DNA from: an uncultured delta proteobacterium
GTDB lineage: Bacteria > Desulfobacterota > Desulfobaccia > Desulfobaccales > 0-14-0-80-60-11
DNA: 64,000 bases
Direction of reading: 5' to 3'
Assembly: GCA_963808395.1 (NCBI GenBank)
Contig: CAWEFJ010000006.1
Location: 38,845-102,844 of the forward strand
The notes beneath the pieces were generated by a model. It searched no databases. It had not been told where the DNA came from and worked only from the letters and a program-made list of their open reading frames with translations. The position numbers and the translations under genes are program-made. Below, piece after piece: positions 52,133 through 62,730 of this stretch; positions within the stretch are counted from its first letter, which is position 1; every line of letters begins with the position of its first letter.

Positions 52133-52840
52133 GTGGCCTTTTTGGAATTAAGCTCCATCAACACCTACTATGGGCGCAGCCACATCTTGTTCGATGTATC
52201 CCTGGCCATCGAGAAAGGGGAAGTGGCCAGCTTGATCGGGCGCAATGGGGCGGGGAAAAGCACCACTTTCCGGTCGATCATCGGGCTGACCCCTCCCCAG
52301 ACGGGGGAAATCATTTTTAAAGGCGCCCGGGTAAGCGGACTGAGGGCCTACCAGATCTGCCGGAGGGGGATCGGCTTTGTCCCCGAAGACCGGCGCGTTT
52401 TCCCGGATTTAACCGTGCGGGAAAACCTCGAAGTGGCCGAGAGACGGGAGCAGGAAGTGTCCTCGCCCTGGACCGTGAATAAGGTTTATTCCTTTTTCCC
52501 GCGTCTCAAGGAACGGGAAAAAAATCTGGGTTCCCAGCTCTCGGGAGGGGAGCAACAAATGCTCACCATTGCCCGCACCCTCATGACTAATCCGGAGCTG
52601 CTGTTGCTGGACGAGCCCTCGGAGGGGCTGGCTCCTTTGATTGTCAGCCTGCTGGCCGATATGATCCTGGAAATCCGCAAAGAAGGCGTGACCGTCCTGC
52701 TGGCGGAACAGAATTTCCACTTCTGCGCCAAGGTGTCCGACCGGGTTTATGTGATCGATAAAGGCTCACTGAAGTACGAAGGGAAGATGGCGGATCTGTT
52801 GGCCAACGAGGAGATCAAGGGAAAATATCTGGCCGTCTGA
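52133..52840 (+). CDS. livF: ABC transporter ATP-binding protein LivF-type
   Basis: GRNGAGKSTTFRSIIG...LSGGEQQMLTIARTLMTNPELLLLDEPSEGLAP. Confidence 0.9.
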   Translation: MAFLELSSINTYYGRSHILFDVSLAIEKGEVASLIGRNGAGKSTTFRSIIGLTPPQTGEIIFKGARVSGLRAYQICRRGIGFVPEDRRVFPDLTVRENLEVAERREQEVSSPWTVNKVYSFFPRLKEREKNLGSQLSGGEQQMLTIARTLMTNPELLLLDEPSEGLAPLIVSLLADMILEIRKEGVTVLLAEQNFHFCAKVSDRVYVIDKGSLKYEGKMADLLANEEIKGKYLAV

Positions 52841-52875
52841 AATTAGCCATCGGCATGACCTGAGAGGATGGATAG

Positions 52876-54208
52876 ATGAAAGAGCAAAACTATTTTGACT
52901 GGTCCGGCCAATTGTTCTCGGTGGATAAGATCTTCGGCAAACCGGAAGCGCTGAAAGGGGTGCGGGTCCTGGAATTATGCACCCGGGTGTTTGGACCGGT
53001 GACCGCGGACCTGTTGGCGGATTTTGGGGCGGAGGTCATCAAGATTGAGCTGCCCGGGGTGGGTGACCTCATGCGCTACGTGGCGCCTCGAGGCTTTTAC
53101 TGGCAAAATATCTCGCCGGCCTTCACCCATATGAATCACAATAAGTATCATGTGGCCATCGATATTCGCACCGCCGAAGGGGGCGATTTGCTCCGGGCCA
53201 TGGTGGCCAAATCCGATGTCCTGATCGAAAATTTCCGCGCCGGCTCCATGGATCGCTGGGGAGTCGGTTACCGCCAACTCAGCGCCGTCAACCCGGCTCT
53301 CATTTACCAGGCCAACAGCGGTTTTGGCCAGTGGAGCAAGTACAAGGACCGGCCTTCCTATGACGCCACCTCCCAGGCGATGAGCGGCTTTTCGGCCATC
53401 ACCGGGTTTCCGGGCCGGACTCCCCTCAAGACCGGGATTTGGATCGGCGATTGCACCGGGGCTCTCTTTGCCGCCATTGGCATCCTGGCCGCGCTCCACC
53501 ATCGCAAGAAAACCGGCCGGGGACAACTCCTGGACGTCTCCCAGGCGGAGGGGCTGATCCGCATTCTCGACTGGACCTGGCTATACCAAACCAAAACCCA
53601 AAAAGAACGCGGCCTTTACGGGAATCGCGATGTTTCCTGTTCTCCTTCGGGGATTTTTCGCTGCCAGGATGGGTTTATCGCCATTGCCGCCGCTGGATGA
53701 TCAGCAGTTTACCGGGCTTTGCCAGGCCATGGACCGCCTGGAGCTGGCGAAGGACCAGCGGTTTAATACGGTGGCCGCCCGCCTGGAGGAAGACAATAAT
53801 GCGGCCCTATATAAGACGGTGGCAAATTGGGCTGTATTAAAAAAGGCCGGGGAGATCGAAAAATTGGCAGATATCCATGGGTTCGCGGCGCACCGGGTGG
53901 TCAATGCCCGGGACCACTACCATGACGAACACCTGCGCCAGCGGGGAGCGGTTTGCGAGTTTGAAGATCCCCTGTATGGGAAGGTGGTGGAATATGGCCC
54001 GGGCCCCAAACTCTCGGCAAGCCCGGGACGCATGAGATGGATTGCCAAACCGGTGGGGTTTCACAATTCCCATGTGTTTCGCACCCTGCTCAATCTCACC
54101 GAAGAACGGATGCAGCAATTGCTGGAAAAGCAGGTTATCGGCGCCTGGGCGGATCGTGCCGGCGCCAAGCCCCCGGACGATTGGAACGGCCGGGATGGGG
54201 TCATCTAG
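52876..54208 (+). CDS. family III CoA-transferase (CaiB/BaiF type), one frame change ~53690
   Basis: LKGVRVLELCTRVFGPVTADLLADFGAEVIKIE...SDVLIENFRAGSMDRWGVGYRQL...NPALIYQANSGFG. Confidence 0.85.
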
Positions 54209-54339
54209 CCCTGAGGCCGGCGCCGGCGGCAAGGGTGGTAGCACAGGTTTTAAACCTGTGCCACCAAGGGGTCATCCAGCCATGAGGCCGGCGCTCAGTG
54301 GTAGAAGCAAGCCAAAACCAAACTTAGGGGTCAGGGTAA

Positions 54340-54525
54340 ATGGCTAAGAATGTAACCATGCGAATTGAAGGCAAGAAGTTGATAATCGAGGTTGAGCTGG
54401 ATCAGGATTTTGGCCCGAGTAAAAGCGGCAAGACCAGGATCATCGCCAGCACCGAGGGAAATATTTCCGCGCCGGGCGGCGAAGACATCAAGATTGGATT
54501 GAATGTTTACCGGTATAAAAAATAG
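54340..54525 (+). CDS. small hypothetical protein (61 aa) between the two CoA-transferase genes
   Basis: MAKNVTMRIEGKKLIIEVELDQDFGPSKSGKTRIIASTEGNISAPGGEDIKIGLNVYRYKK. This stretch is less GC-rich than its neighbours. No family assigned. Confidence 0.5.
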   Translation: MAKNVTMRIEGKKLIIEVELDQDFGPSKSGKTRIIASTEGNISAPGGEDIKIGLNVYRYKK

Positions 54526-54547
54526 GCTGCCAAGAGGGGACGCCGCC

Positions 54548-55883
54548 ATGAGCAAAGCCAAAGAAACCATCCTTTCCTGGTTTGACTGGGCCAGGGAACG
54601 GACCGATCCCGCCCAAGCCTCCCAGAAACCGGAGGCATTGGACGACTTGCTGGTCCTGGATGTGAGTGCTGGGAATATGGGAGGGCCGGTGTGCTCCTCC
54701 ATGCTCGCCGAACTGGGCGCCCAGGTCATTCGCATCGAACCTCCCGGCGGCGATGTAACCAGGAAATTCAGCCCCTTCGGCATCATGCATCAAGATACCG
54801 GCCTGGGGTATCTCGTGGAAGGCAGAAACAAATACCATATCAGCCTGGATTTAAAGAAAGCGGAATCCCGGGAGATTTTCACTACCTTGGCGAAACATGC
54901 GGACGTTATTATCGAAACCTATCAACCCGGGGTAATGGATGGCTGGGGGATAGGATACCGGCAACTGCGGGAAGTAAATCCCCGCCTGATTTATGCCGCC
55001 TTAAGCACTTATGGACAATTCGGGCCGCGGGCCGGCAGCGGCCGGCCGAGTTCTGAAATAACCAACCAGGCTTACTCGGGCCTGGTTCAGATCAATGGCG
55101 AGCCTGAACATGGCGAGCCTACGGAATATGGCGTCCCCACCAAGGTGGGCAGTTGGTACGGCTGGTATGCCGAGGGCATGTTCGCCGCCTACGGCATCCT
55201 CCTGGCCCTCAACTTCCGCAGCGATACGGGCCAAGGCCAGATGGTCGACGTCTCCGGCGCGGAATGTATTATGAAATTCATCGATTACAATCTCAGTTGG
55301 TTCCATATGGATGGCAAGGTCAAAGAGAGGCTGGGAAATTACGATATCGCGGTCTTCCCCTATACCTTTATCCGCTGCCAGGAGGGCTATACCTTCTTGG
55401 CGGCCTATAACGATGAAGCCTTTGAAACCCTGATGGAAATCATTGAACGCCCCGAAATGGCGAAGGATCCGAGATTTTCCTCCTTTCAGAATCGCACCTC
55501 GATGGAGAATGAAGAGGCGCTGCAAGATCTCCTGGAAGAATGGAGCCTGCGCTATCCGGTGGATGAAGTGATCCAGCGGGTTCAGGACGCCATTTCTAAG
55601 AAAGAAGGTAGAGGCTGCGGCGGTGGTCACCGGCAAGGTCAGCCAACCGCGGGAAGTGCTTCAGGAGCAGAACTGGTGGGATCGGGGCGTGTTTCAAAAA
55701 ATTGCCGACCCGGTCTACGGTGAACTTACGGTCCAGGGGCCGGCGTGGAAAATGAGCGAAACCCCGCCCCGCCTCAAATGGCTATGCCGTCCGGTGGGCG
55801 CCGACAACGAGTTCATCTACTTGAAATACCTGGGAATAGGGAGGTCGCAACTGGCGGCTCTGGAAAGGGCAGGGGTTATTTAG
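54548..55883 (+). CDS. family III CoA-transferase paralogue (CaiB/BaiF type), one frame change ~55610
   Basis: LDDLLVLDVSAGNMGGPVCSSMLAELGAQVIRIEPPGGD...ADVIIETYQPGVMDGWGIGYRQL...NPRLIYAALSTYG. Confidence 0.85.
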
Positions 55884-56024
55884 GCCGTTATCAGGCAGCC
55901 GCCAGCTTCAGCTGGGGGAATCATTAATAAAATAAGCGCAGGCTAAAGCCTGCGGCTACATTGTCATCCTGAACAGAATCTAAGGTCACGAAAAATATGA
56001 GGATCTTCGCTTTATATCAAATGT

Positions 56025-56052
56025 AGCGCCGGCGCCCTCGCCGGCGCTTTTT
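56025..56052 (+). terminator. rho-independent terminator
   Basis: AGCGCCGGCG-ccctc-GCCGGCGCT followed by TTTTT. Confidence 0.7.
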
Positions 56053-56188
56053 CATAGGAGGGTTAAAAAACCGTGGTTGGAAATGTCATAGTAATTATGA
56101 AGTATCACAATAGAAGCTATTGGAAAACCGGAGATTCTTCGCTTCGCTCAGAATGCCATTTCAGGCAGCCCGGGTTTGGCAATAACTT

Positions 56189-57272
56189 CTAATAGCGGCA
56201 ATAGGTAATGGTGTCTTTTTCGAACTCGACACTGACTTCTTCGGTGAGAGAGGCCCGGATTTTGGGGAGGATTTCAAAGATGGTGTCCGTGGTAACCCGA
56301 TAATCCTGCTTGGTAACCAGTTCCTGTTCAAAGGCGAACTGGGCCACCTGCTGGAAGAGATATTCGATATCCGCGGGGGTAAAGCGCGCCGTCATCTTGA
56401 CGATCCGCTGTAAGATCGATTTCCCCGGTATTGAGCATGGAGAGATAGTGTTTCAGAATAGTGGCTCTTTCATCTTCGTCCAGCCCTCCCACCGGGATGA
56501 TGCAATCAAATCTTCCCGGACGCAGCAGGGCGGCATCCAGTTGCCGGATGTAATTGGTGGCGCAAATCAGGAGGATATGGTTCCCCTGGCTTTTGAGCAG
56601 GGGCACCTGTTTGAGAAATTCGTTGGTGATGGACTTGTCCACCCGGCTGGCCTCGTCCCGATTGCCCGCGAGCTCTTCAAATTCATCGATAAAAATGACG
56701 GTTTCCTTAAGGGTGCGGGACTTTTCCATGACCTGGCGCAGATTGGCCCCCACCTTTTCGAGGCCGTCAACCATGAGCATGCTGGGGGCAATTTCGATGA
56801 ACCACCAGGAAAGGGCCCCGGCGATGGCTTTGGCAAAATGAGTTTTGCCGGTGCCGGGAGGTCCGAAAAAAATGATGGCCTTGGGAGGGACGACGCCGTG
56901 CTTTTTGGAGAGATCTTCCTGGGTCAAGGGCAGGATGATCCTTTTCTGCACGATCTGCTTGGGCGGTTGGGAATCCGCAATGGTGTCCCAGATTTCTTTG
57001 CTGATGGTCAGAGCGCCCATTTCCTTTAAAAGGTCTTGCTGTTGATAGGCGAGGTATTCCTCCCGGGCTTGCTCCATATTTTCCAGGAAGTCGATGCACG
57101 CCACCCGCAGGCCCACATCGCGGCCGAGTTTTTCCGACATGAGCCATTTATGCTGCAAAATCCTGGGCCACAGGTCCGCGGCAGCCTCCGGCTCCAATTT
57201 GGTGCCGCTGCACTCAAAGATTTTAGCGGCGGATACTTCCGGCGCCAAAAGATTCGTCAATTCTTCGTCCAT
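56189..57272 (-). CDS. single-module AAA+ ATPase with an N-terminal DUF4032-like domain (one frame change ~56400)
   Basis: N-domain WPRILQHKWLMSEKLGRDVGLRVACIDFLENM. Walker A IIFFGPPGTGKTHFAKA. Walker B VIFIDEFEEL. Also ATNYIRQLDAALLRPGRFD. The C-terminal piece is ORF 56189..56395. Confidence 0.8.
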
Positions 57273-57723
57273 GATTTAACGCCTCGCCAGGCCTGGCATT
57301 TTTGCCAAGCCATATGAAAACCCCTAGTTATCCAAGGGTCATCCTGAGTCCAGCGAATCAGCCGGTATCCTGCCCCTCGCCGTCTCTTTGCCGGGGGAGC
57401 CCTACTCCAGGGGCCTCGGTTAATTCCTGAAGCGCCGGAACTTTATAGGGAAGACACGGGAGTTTGCCCAGGGTCAAGGTCTGCAGAATTTGGCTGGGAT
57501 ATGATTATTGGTGGTTTTTAATATATCTCATTTACTCTGGGGCTTCAAGTTATAAATTGATTAGAGTGCGCCTCGATGGCCGGGGCAGGCCCCAGGGGCG
57601 AAGGGCTGGGAGCACGCCCCAGGCGCCGGGTGCGATGGAGCTGCCGAGGCCCGGGAGAGGTTGGGTTAACTATGCGGGTAGCGGGTTTAATGGGTCAATT
57701 AAGAGAGACCTGGATGGCGCTGG

Positions 57724-57762
57724 CAAAATGACCCCAGATCGCCCTGGGTAGAGCGATCTGGG
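57724..57762 (-). terminator. hairpin after the repeat-protein gene
   Basis: The minus strand reads CCCAGATCGC-tctacccagg-GCGATCTGGG followed by GTCATTTTG. Confidence 0.45.
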
Positions 57763-57782
57763 ATCTGGCATCAGCGGGAGAG

Positions 57783-58773
57783 CTACGGCTGATGTTTTTC
57801 CTCATGGGGAGGCGGAGGAGTTTTCCCAGGAGTGCCACCGCTGGGAGCGGGGGCTTTGGGATGAGTTACCGCCGCGGGGTGACCACCGGGACCTGGAGTT
57901 CCAGGGGCATGATAGCCGGGAGCGGCAGTCCCGGAAGGATGATATCCGGGAGCGGTGGTTGCAGGGCCCCGATAGCCAGGGGTAGCTCCGGATGATATCC
58001 GGGACCGGCAGTTCCGGAAGGACTATATCCGGGACCGGCAGTCCCGGAAGGATGATATCCCGGAGCGGTGGTTGCAGGGCCGCGATAGCCCGGACCGGTG
58101 GTTCCTTGGGGATGATAGCCGGGACCGGCAGTTCCGGAAGGGCTATATCCGGGACCGGTGGTTCCTGGGCCATGGTAACCGGGGCCAGTAGTTCCTGGGC
58201 CGCCATAGCACCTGACCGGTTGTTCCTTGGCCGCGAGATCCGGGACCGGTAGCTCCCTGGCCATGATACCCGGAACCGGTGGTTCCCTGGCCATGATAGC
58301 CGGGACCGCTAACTCCTGGGGCACGGTTCCCCTGCCATCCTTGATTCCATCCTGCCCCCTGGCCGCGGTGGTACCGGTTATAGAAATTCTGGTCATAGAA
58401 GTGACCAACCTGGTGTCCGCGCCATATGAGGATACTGTCGCTCAAAATTACCCCAGTATTGAGGATGTCCCTGATACCATGAATTCCACCCCGGCGCATA
58501 CCAGTTTTCGGGTCTGACAATATAGACGGTAGGATAGGCGTAATACGGGGCAAATCCATATCTGGGGCCGAAAAAGTAGTACAGGATCCCGTTCAGAAAC
58601 CAATCACCTTTGTAATAGGTCCAGGGCGTATTGTTTCCCACCCACGGGGTCACGACAACCGGCTGGCCCGGGGGTGGGTAATAGCCCTGAGCGGCAGCAG
58701 GTCCGGACATCGCGCCGATCGCGCCTCCAGCCAGCAAAATTACCAGTACCAAAAAAGCAATCGACCTTTTCAT
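57783..58773 (-). CDS. secreted Tyr/Trp-rich protein with a Gly/Pro/Tyr/His decapeptide-repeat tail (at least 3 frame changes inside the repeats)
   Basis: Signal peptide MKRSIAFLVLVILLAGGAIGAMSGPAAAQG. Aromatic-rich domain (WTYYKGDWFLNGILYYFFGPRYGFAPYYAYP). About 600 nt of near-periodic 30-nt DNA repeats follow, encoding GPGYHGQGTTG-like units across ORFs 58143..58559 and 57866..58408. A third frame ends HPKAPAPSGGTPGKTPPPPHEEKHQP at TAG 57783. Confidence 0.6.
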
Positions 58774-59033
58774 GGGAACCCCCGCAAATTGTCTTTGTTT
58801 TGCCCAATGATCCCTAGCGTGGCTTCAAGCCTGAGACTCTCCGTGCTTGGATCCTGACACGCCTGATCTGGTAGGTTAGATAACCTTAAGTCTGAATAAG
58901 TTAACTTGCTGATCGCTTGATCCGGCGGTTCTCCGGGAAAGCCTCTAAACCCGGATGATATGTGGACTCGGGCAGCAGCGGGAGTAGCCTTTGGCCTCAG
59001 GATACAGGCGCGGTTCCAGGGTCGGGCCGCGCC

Positions 59034-59696
59034 TTACTTTCCCTGGACCGCCGGCCTCTTTTGGCAGGCCTGGTAAACATCATTGATGATCTGAGCCGAG
59101 AGGGTCTCCATGGCCTGGCTCATCCCCTGGGCCAGGCCCTGGGGGGTCTTCTGGACCAGTGGCTCCTCGGCCTGATAATTTCTCTGGAATACCACCCTTT
59201 GCGGCAACAGCTCCTGGGCCGTATCCAGAAGGGTGATATTCATGGCCAGGGAGGCCTTCCAGCCCTGGGGTTCTTCGAGTTCCTGGAAGGCTTCCACCGT
59301 CCCTTCCAATTGGTAGCGGCTGTTCCCGGAGTTGGGGCCCGGAAACACCCCCCGGAACAGCCGGGAGTTCCTCAGGTCTCTGATGAGATAGTCCGTTGCC
59401 AGGTACCCGGGGTTGACCCGCCAGCGGTGGTAGCGGTAAACCTCGCTTTCATAAGGGTTGGGCCGATATACCATATCCGTGCTGTTATAAGCCTGGGCCA
59501 CTGCGAACTGCTCCACCGTGAGATTCTCATCGAGCTGATGGCGGGCGCTAATCACCGGAGAGGGGTATTCCAGGACATATTTCTCCACCGCATTGGGCGG
59601 GGTTCCACATCCCGATAACAGGAAAATCAGGAAGCACCAGATTATCAGGGTTATCATCGAACGGGGGGGCCGCGGCCAGATTTTAAGTTTTTTCAT
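59034..59696 (-). CDS. ABC-type transport auxiliary lipoprotein (DUF330-like, Mla/MCE accessory)
   Basis: Lipobox FLLSGC. It lies immediately downstream of the MCE-domain gene. An alternative start is at 59657. Confidence 0.7.
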   Translation of the reverse strand: MKKLKIWPRPPRSMITLIIWCFLIFLLSGCGTPPNAVEKYVLEYPSPVISARHQLDENLTVEQFAVAQAYNSTDMVYRPNPYESEVYRYHRWRVNPGYLATDYLIRDLRNSRLFRGVFPGPNSGNSRYQLEGTVEAFQELEEPQGWKASLAMNITLLDTAQELLPQRVVFQRNYQAEEPLVQKTPQGLAQGMSQAMETLSAQIINDVYQACQKRPAVQGK

Positions 59697-59710
59697 CGGT
59701 TCACCTTGGG

Positions 59711-60607
59711 TTATTCATTCCATCTTTTTTCAGGCGCTTTGCCGAAAAAAAGATCCGGCGGCCGCTCCTTGAGGCGGTCCAGGAATTGGTCCAGGGAGGC
59801 CGAGGCGCGCTGGAGATGGTCGCTGAGCGCCGCGGCCTCCACGGCGACGGTGCGGTATCGGGAAGCCGTTTCCGGAAGCTTCATGGCCTGCAAGTCCCGC
59901 TGGACACTGGCCAGGAGTTCATTGATCTGCTTGATGGAATCCCGGGTGCCACCCAGAATCTCGTTCAGCTTTTTGGCGCTCACCGTCTCATCGAGCCGGC
60001 CGGTGAACCTATCCAGATTTCCCGCGGTGCCATGCAGCTTCGCCAGGATTCCGGCCATCTCCTTGCCCTGCAAGAAGTTTTGCATAGCCTTGGTGGTGAG
60101 CACGACCTGGTCGGAAATACCTTTGGTGTCAATCTGTTGAAACTTTTCCACGATGGCGTTGGCTGCATTAATGAGACGCTGGATCTCGGAAGGGCGGGTG
60201 GGGATTATGGGATATTCGGCAGGGAATTCAATTCGGGGCGACAGGGCCCGATCCTCGGGGGTGGACCGGTCAAGCCCGATAAATTTTACTCCGGTGATGC
60301 CCGCACTCCTCAATTGGGCTATGGTGGTCTTGGGTAAATCACCCCGGACGTTGATTTTCATGACCACCGCGACCAGTTTATCATCGGGCGCTACCTGAAT
60401 CTGCACCACCCGGCCCACATCTACGCCCCGGTATTTGACGCTGGAATCCGCCTGCAGGCCCTCCACCGATTCGTCGAAGAAAGAGACGTATTGTTTCCCC
60501 TTCTGAAAGAAGCTGCTGGCTCCCACCCAGATGATGCCGGCCACGACTAATATGAATCCCAGGATTACGAAAAGCCCCAGAATAAAGTCGGTAGATTTCC
60601 TGGCCAT
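59711..60607 (-). CDS. mlaD: MlaD/MCE-domain protein
   Basis: N-terminal TM (FILGLFVILGFILVVAGIIWV) followed by an MCE domain (GLQADSSVKYRGVDVGRVVQIQV...AQLRSAGITGVKFIGL). Confidence 0.85.
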   Translation of the reverse strand: MARKSTDFILGLFVILGFILVVAGIIWVGASSFFQKGKQYVSFFDESVEGLQADSSVKYRGVDVGRVVQIQVAPDDKLVAVVMKINVRGDLPKTTIAQLRSAGITGVKFIGLDRSTPEDRALSPRIEFPAEYPIIPTRPSEIQRLINAANAIVEKFQQIDTKGISDQVVLTTKAMQNFLQGKEMAGILAKLHGTAGNLDRFTGRLDETVSAKKLNEILGGTRDSIKQINELLASVQRDLQAMKLPETASRYRTVAVEAAALSDHLQRASASLDQFLDRLKERPPDLFFGKAPEKRWNE

Positions 60608-60609
60608 AT

Positions 60610-61367
60610 TTATGGCTCCTTAAGCTGGTCGCTGCTGAAAGGCTTGCGGTTAAAGAAGTTTTTCACCCGGGGGTCCGGGGAATGCTCCTTGAGATACCGG
60701 GGAAGGCCTTCGGCGATGATTCCCCGGGCGCTCTTATCCAGCATGATCACCCGGTGGGCAATGGCAAAAATCGACTCCAGTTCATGGGTGACCACCACCA
60801 TGGTCGTGCCCATCCCGGCATTGAGGCTTTTGATCAGGATGTCCAGCTCCACCGCGGTTACGGGGTCCAATCCGGCCGAAGGCTCATCAAAGAAGAGGAT
60901 CGCAGGGTCCAGCGCCATGGCCCGGGCCAGTCCCGCGCGTTTCGCCATCCCCCCGGAGATCTCTTCGGGCAGGTGGTTTTCATACCCGGCCAGATTCACC
61001 AGGGCCAGTTTCATCTTCACGATGAGATCGATGGTTGCCTCATTCAGGTCGGTAAATTCATGGAGGGTTAAGCCCACATTTTGGGCCAGGGTCATGGACC
61101 CGAAGAGGGCGCCGGATTGAAAGAGCACCCCGAGATCCCTGCTCTTAAGGAACGCAGCTTTTTCTCGTCTTCCGTCATAATATCGATGCCGTTGATCAGC
61201 ACTCTCCCGGCCGCGGGCCGATAGAGGCCGATCAGGTGTTTCAGCAGGGTGGATTTGCCGCAGCCGCTGCCTCCCAGGACCACCAGGATTTCCCCCCGGT
61301 TAACCTGGAAGCTGACCCGTTCGAAGATGGTGTTGTCCCCGAAGCGGGCCGTGAGCCCATCCACCAC
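60610..61367 (-). CDS. mlaF: ABC transporter ATP-binding protein, MlaF-type (one frame change ~61135-61150)
   Basis: VVLGGSGCGKSTLLKHLIG...LFQSGALFGSMT...ISGGMAKRAGLARAMALDPAILFFDEPSAGLDP. GTG start. Confidence 0.85.
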
Positions 61368-61412
61368 GATGACCGGGTCTTGACTGGCGTTTTGTTTCCA
61401 AGGAGTTTCCTA

Positions 61413-61450
61413 TTAAGGAATCGGTGGGCAGTGCCCACGCCTAGATTTTT
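61413..61450. repeat. partial third copy of the 5' block of the ~190-bp element
   Basis: TTAAGGAATCGGTGGGCAGTGCCCACGCCTAGATTTTT matches the first ~38 nt of copies 1 and 2. Confidence 0.7.
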
Positions 61451-61508
61451 TTGTCATGCCGAGCGAACGACCAAGTATCTCCTAATGCTTAAATGAACCG
61501 CATTCCGC

Positions 61509-62662
61509 CTAAATCCCCAAATATTGGAAAGCCAGGGCGAAGGCTGAGTCCGTAACGATGATGAGAAACAGGGCGGCCACCACCGCGGAGGTGGTGGCGG
61601 AACCCACCGCCGCGGCCCCCCCCTGCACCTGGAAACCCCGCTGGCAGCCGATGCCGGCAATGAGCAAGGCAAAGACTCCGGACTTAAGGAGGCTGAGGAG
61701 GATATCCAACAAGGTAAGGCTGATCTGGGTCTCCTTCAGGTAAGCGTAAGCCGTCAGGTCCAGACCCATGACCCCCACGACCAGGCCGCCCGGCGATCCC
61801 GAAGAGATCGGCGTAAACGGTGAGGAGGGGCACCACGCTCATGGCTGCCAGGACCTTGGGGACGCGCCAGAAACCTGATGGGGTCGAAACCCATGGTCAC
61901 CAGGGCGTCCACCTCCTCATTGACCTTCATGGTGCCGATTTCCGCGGCAAAGGCGGATCCCGACCTCCCGGCTACCAGAATGGCGGTCATGATGGGACCC
62001 AGTTCCTTGACCATGCCAATGGCCAGCAGGGAGGCCACATAGATATTGGCCCCGAACTGTTTGAGCTGCAGCGAAGACATGAAGGCGATGATCAGTCCCA
62101 GGAGGAAGCTGAGGAGGCCCACGATGGGCAGCCCATCCGCCCCCGCCTTTTTCATGTAGTAGGCGACGTCCTGCCAGCGGACCCAACGAGGGTGAAGCAC
62201 CGCCTGCATCAGGCTGATGAGGATCGCTCCCAGAAAAGTGGTCACCTCCACCAGATCTTTAAAGAACTGCTGGCTGCCCTCTCCCAGTTGCTCCACCACA
62301 TTGGCGCTGCCCCGCTCCCGGATCAAAGGAGGGGTCCGCAGGGCTTCTGGATCGATGAGGCCCATGATGCCCCTGGCCTTTTCGGTGGGATTGACAAACT
62401 CCAGGGGCACGGACCGGGCCTTGGACTCGCTCTCGAGCTGTAACAGCCCCAGGGCTCCGGCACTGTCCAGATATTCCACCCCGGCCAGGTCCACGGTCAG
62501 TTTGCTGGGGGTCATTTTTGCCAGCAGGGCCGCGACCTCCGAGTTAAAGTGGCTCAAGTTTTCCAGGGCGAGGCGGCCGGAGATGGCGAGCTGGAGTTCC
62601 TGACCTTGCTGGCCGGCCACCTTAAGGCTGAAGCTGCGACTCGGTTGGAAGGGCTGTTCCAT
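61509..62662 (-). CDS. mlaE: MlaE-type ABC permease with an N-terminal STAS domain (two frame changes ~61795 and ~61868)
   Basis: STAS-like N-terminus (LAISGRLALENLSHFNSEVAALL...VDLAGVEYLDSAGALGLLQL). MlaE core (GPIMTAILVAGRSGSAFAAEIGTMKVNEEVDALVTMGFDP...LLSLLKSGVFALLIAGIGCQRGF). Confidence 0.8.
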
Positions 62663-62730
62663 AGCATCCCGGAAAACGCCAGTCAGGCAAATTTTCTCTT
62701 CTGGGCCTGGGAATCTCGTACCAGGTTGAG

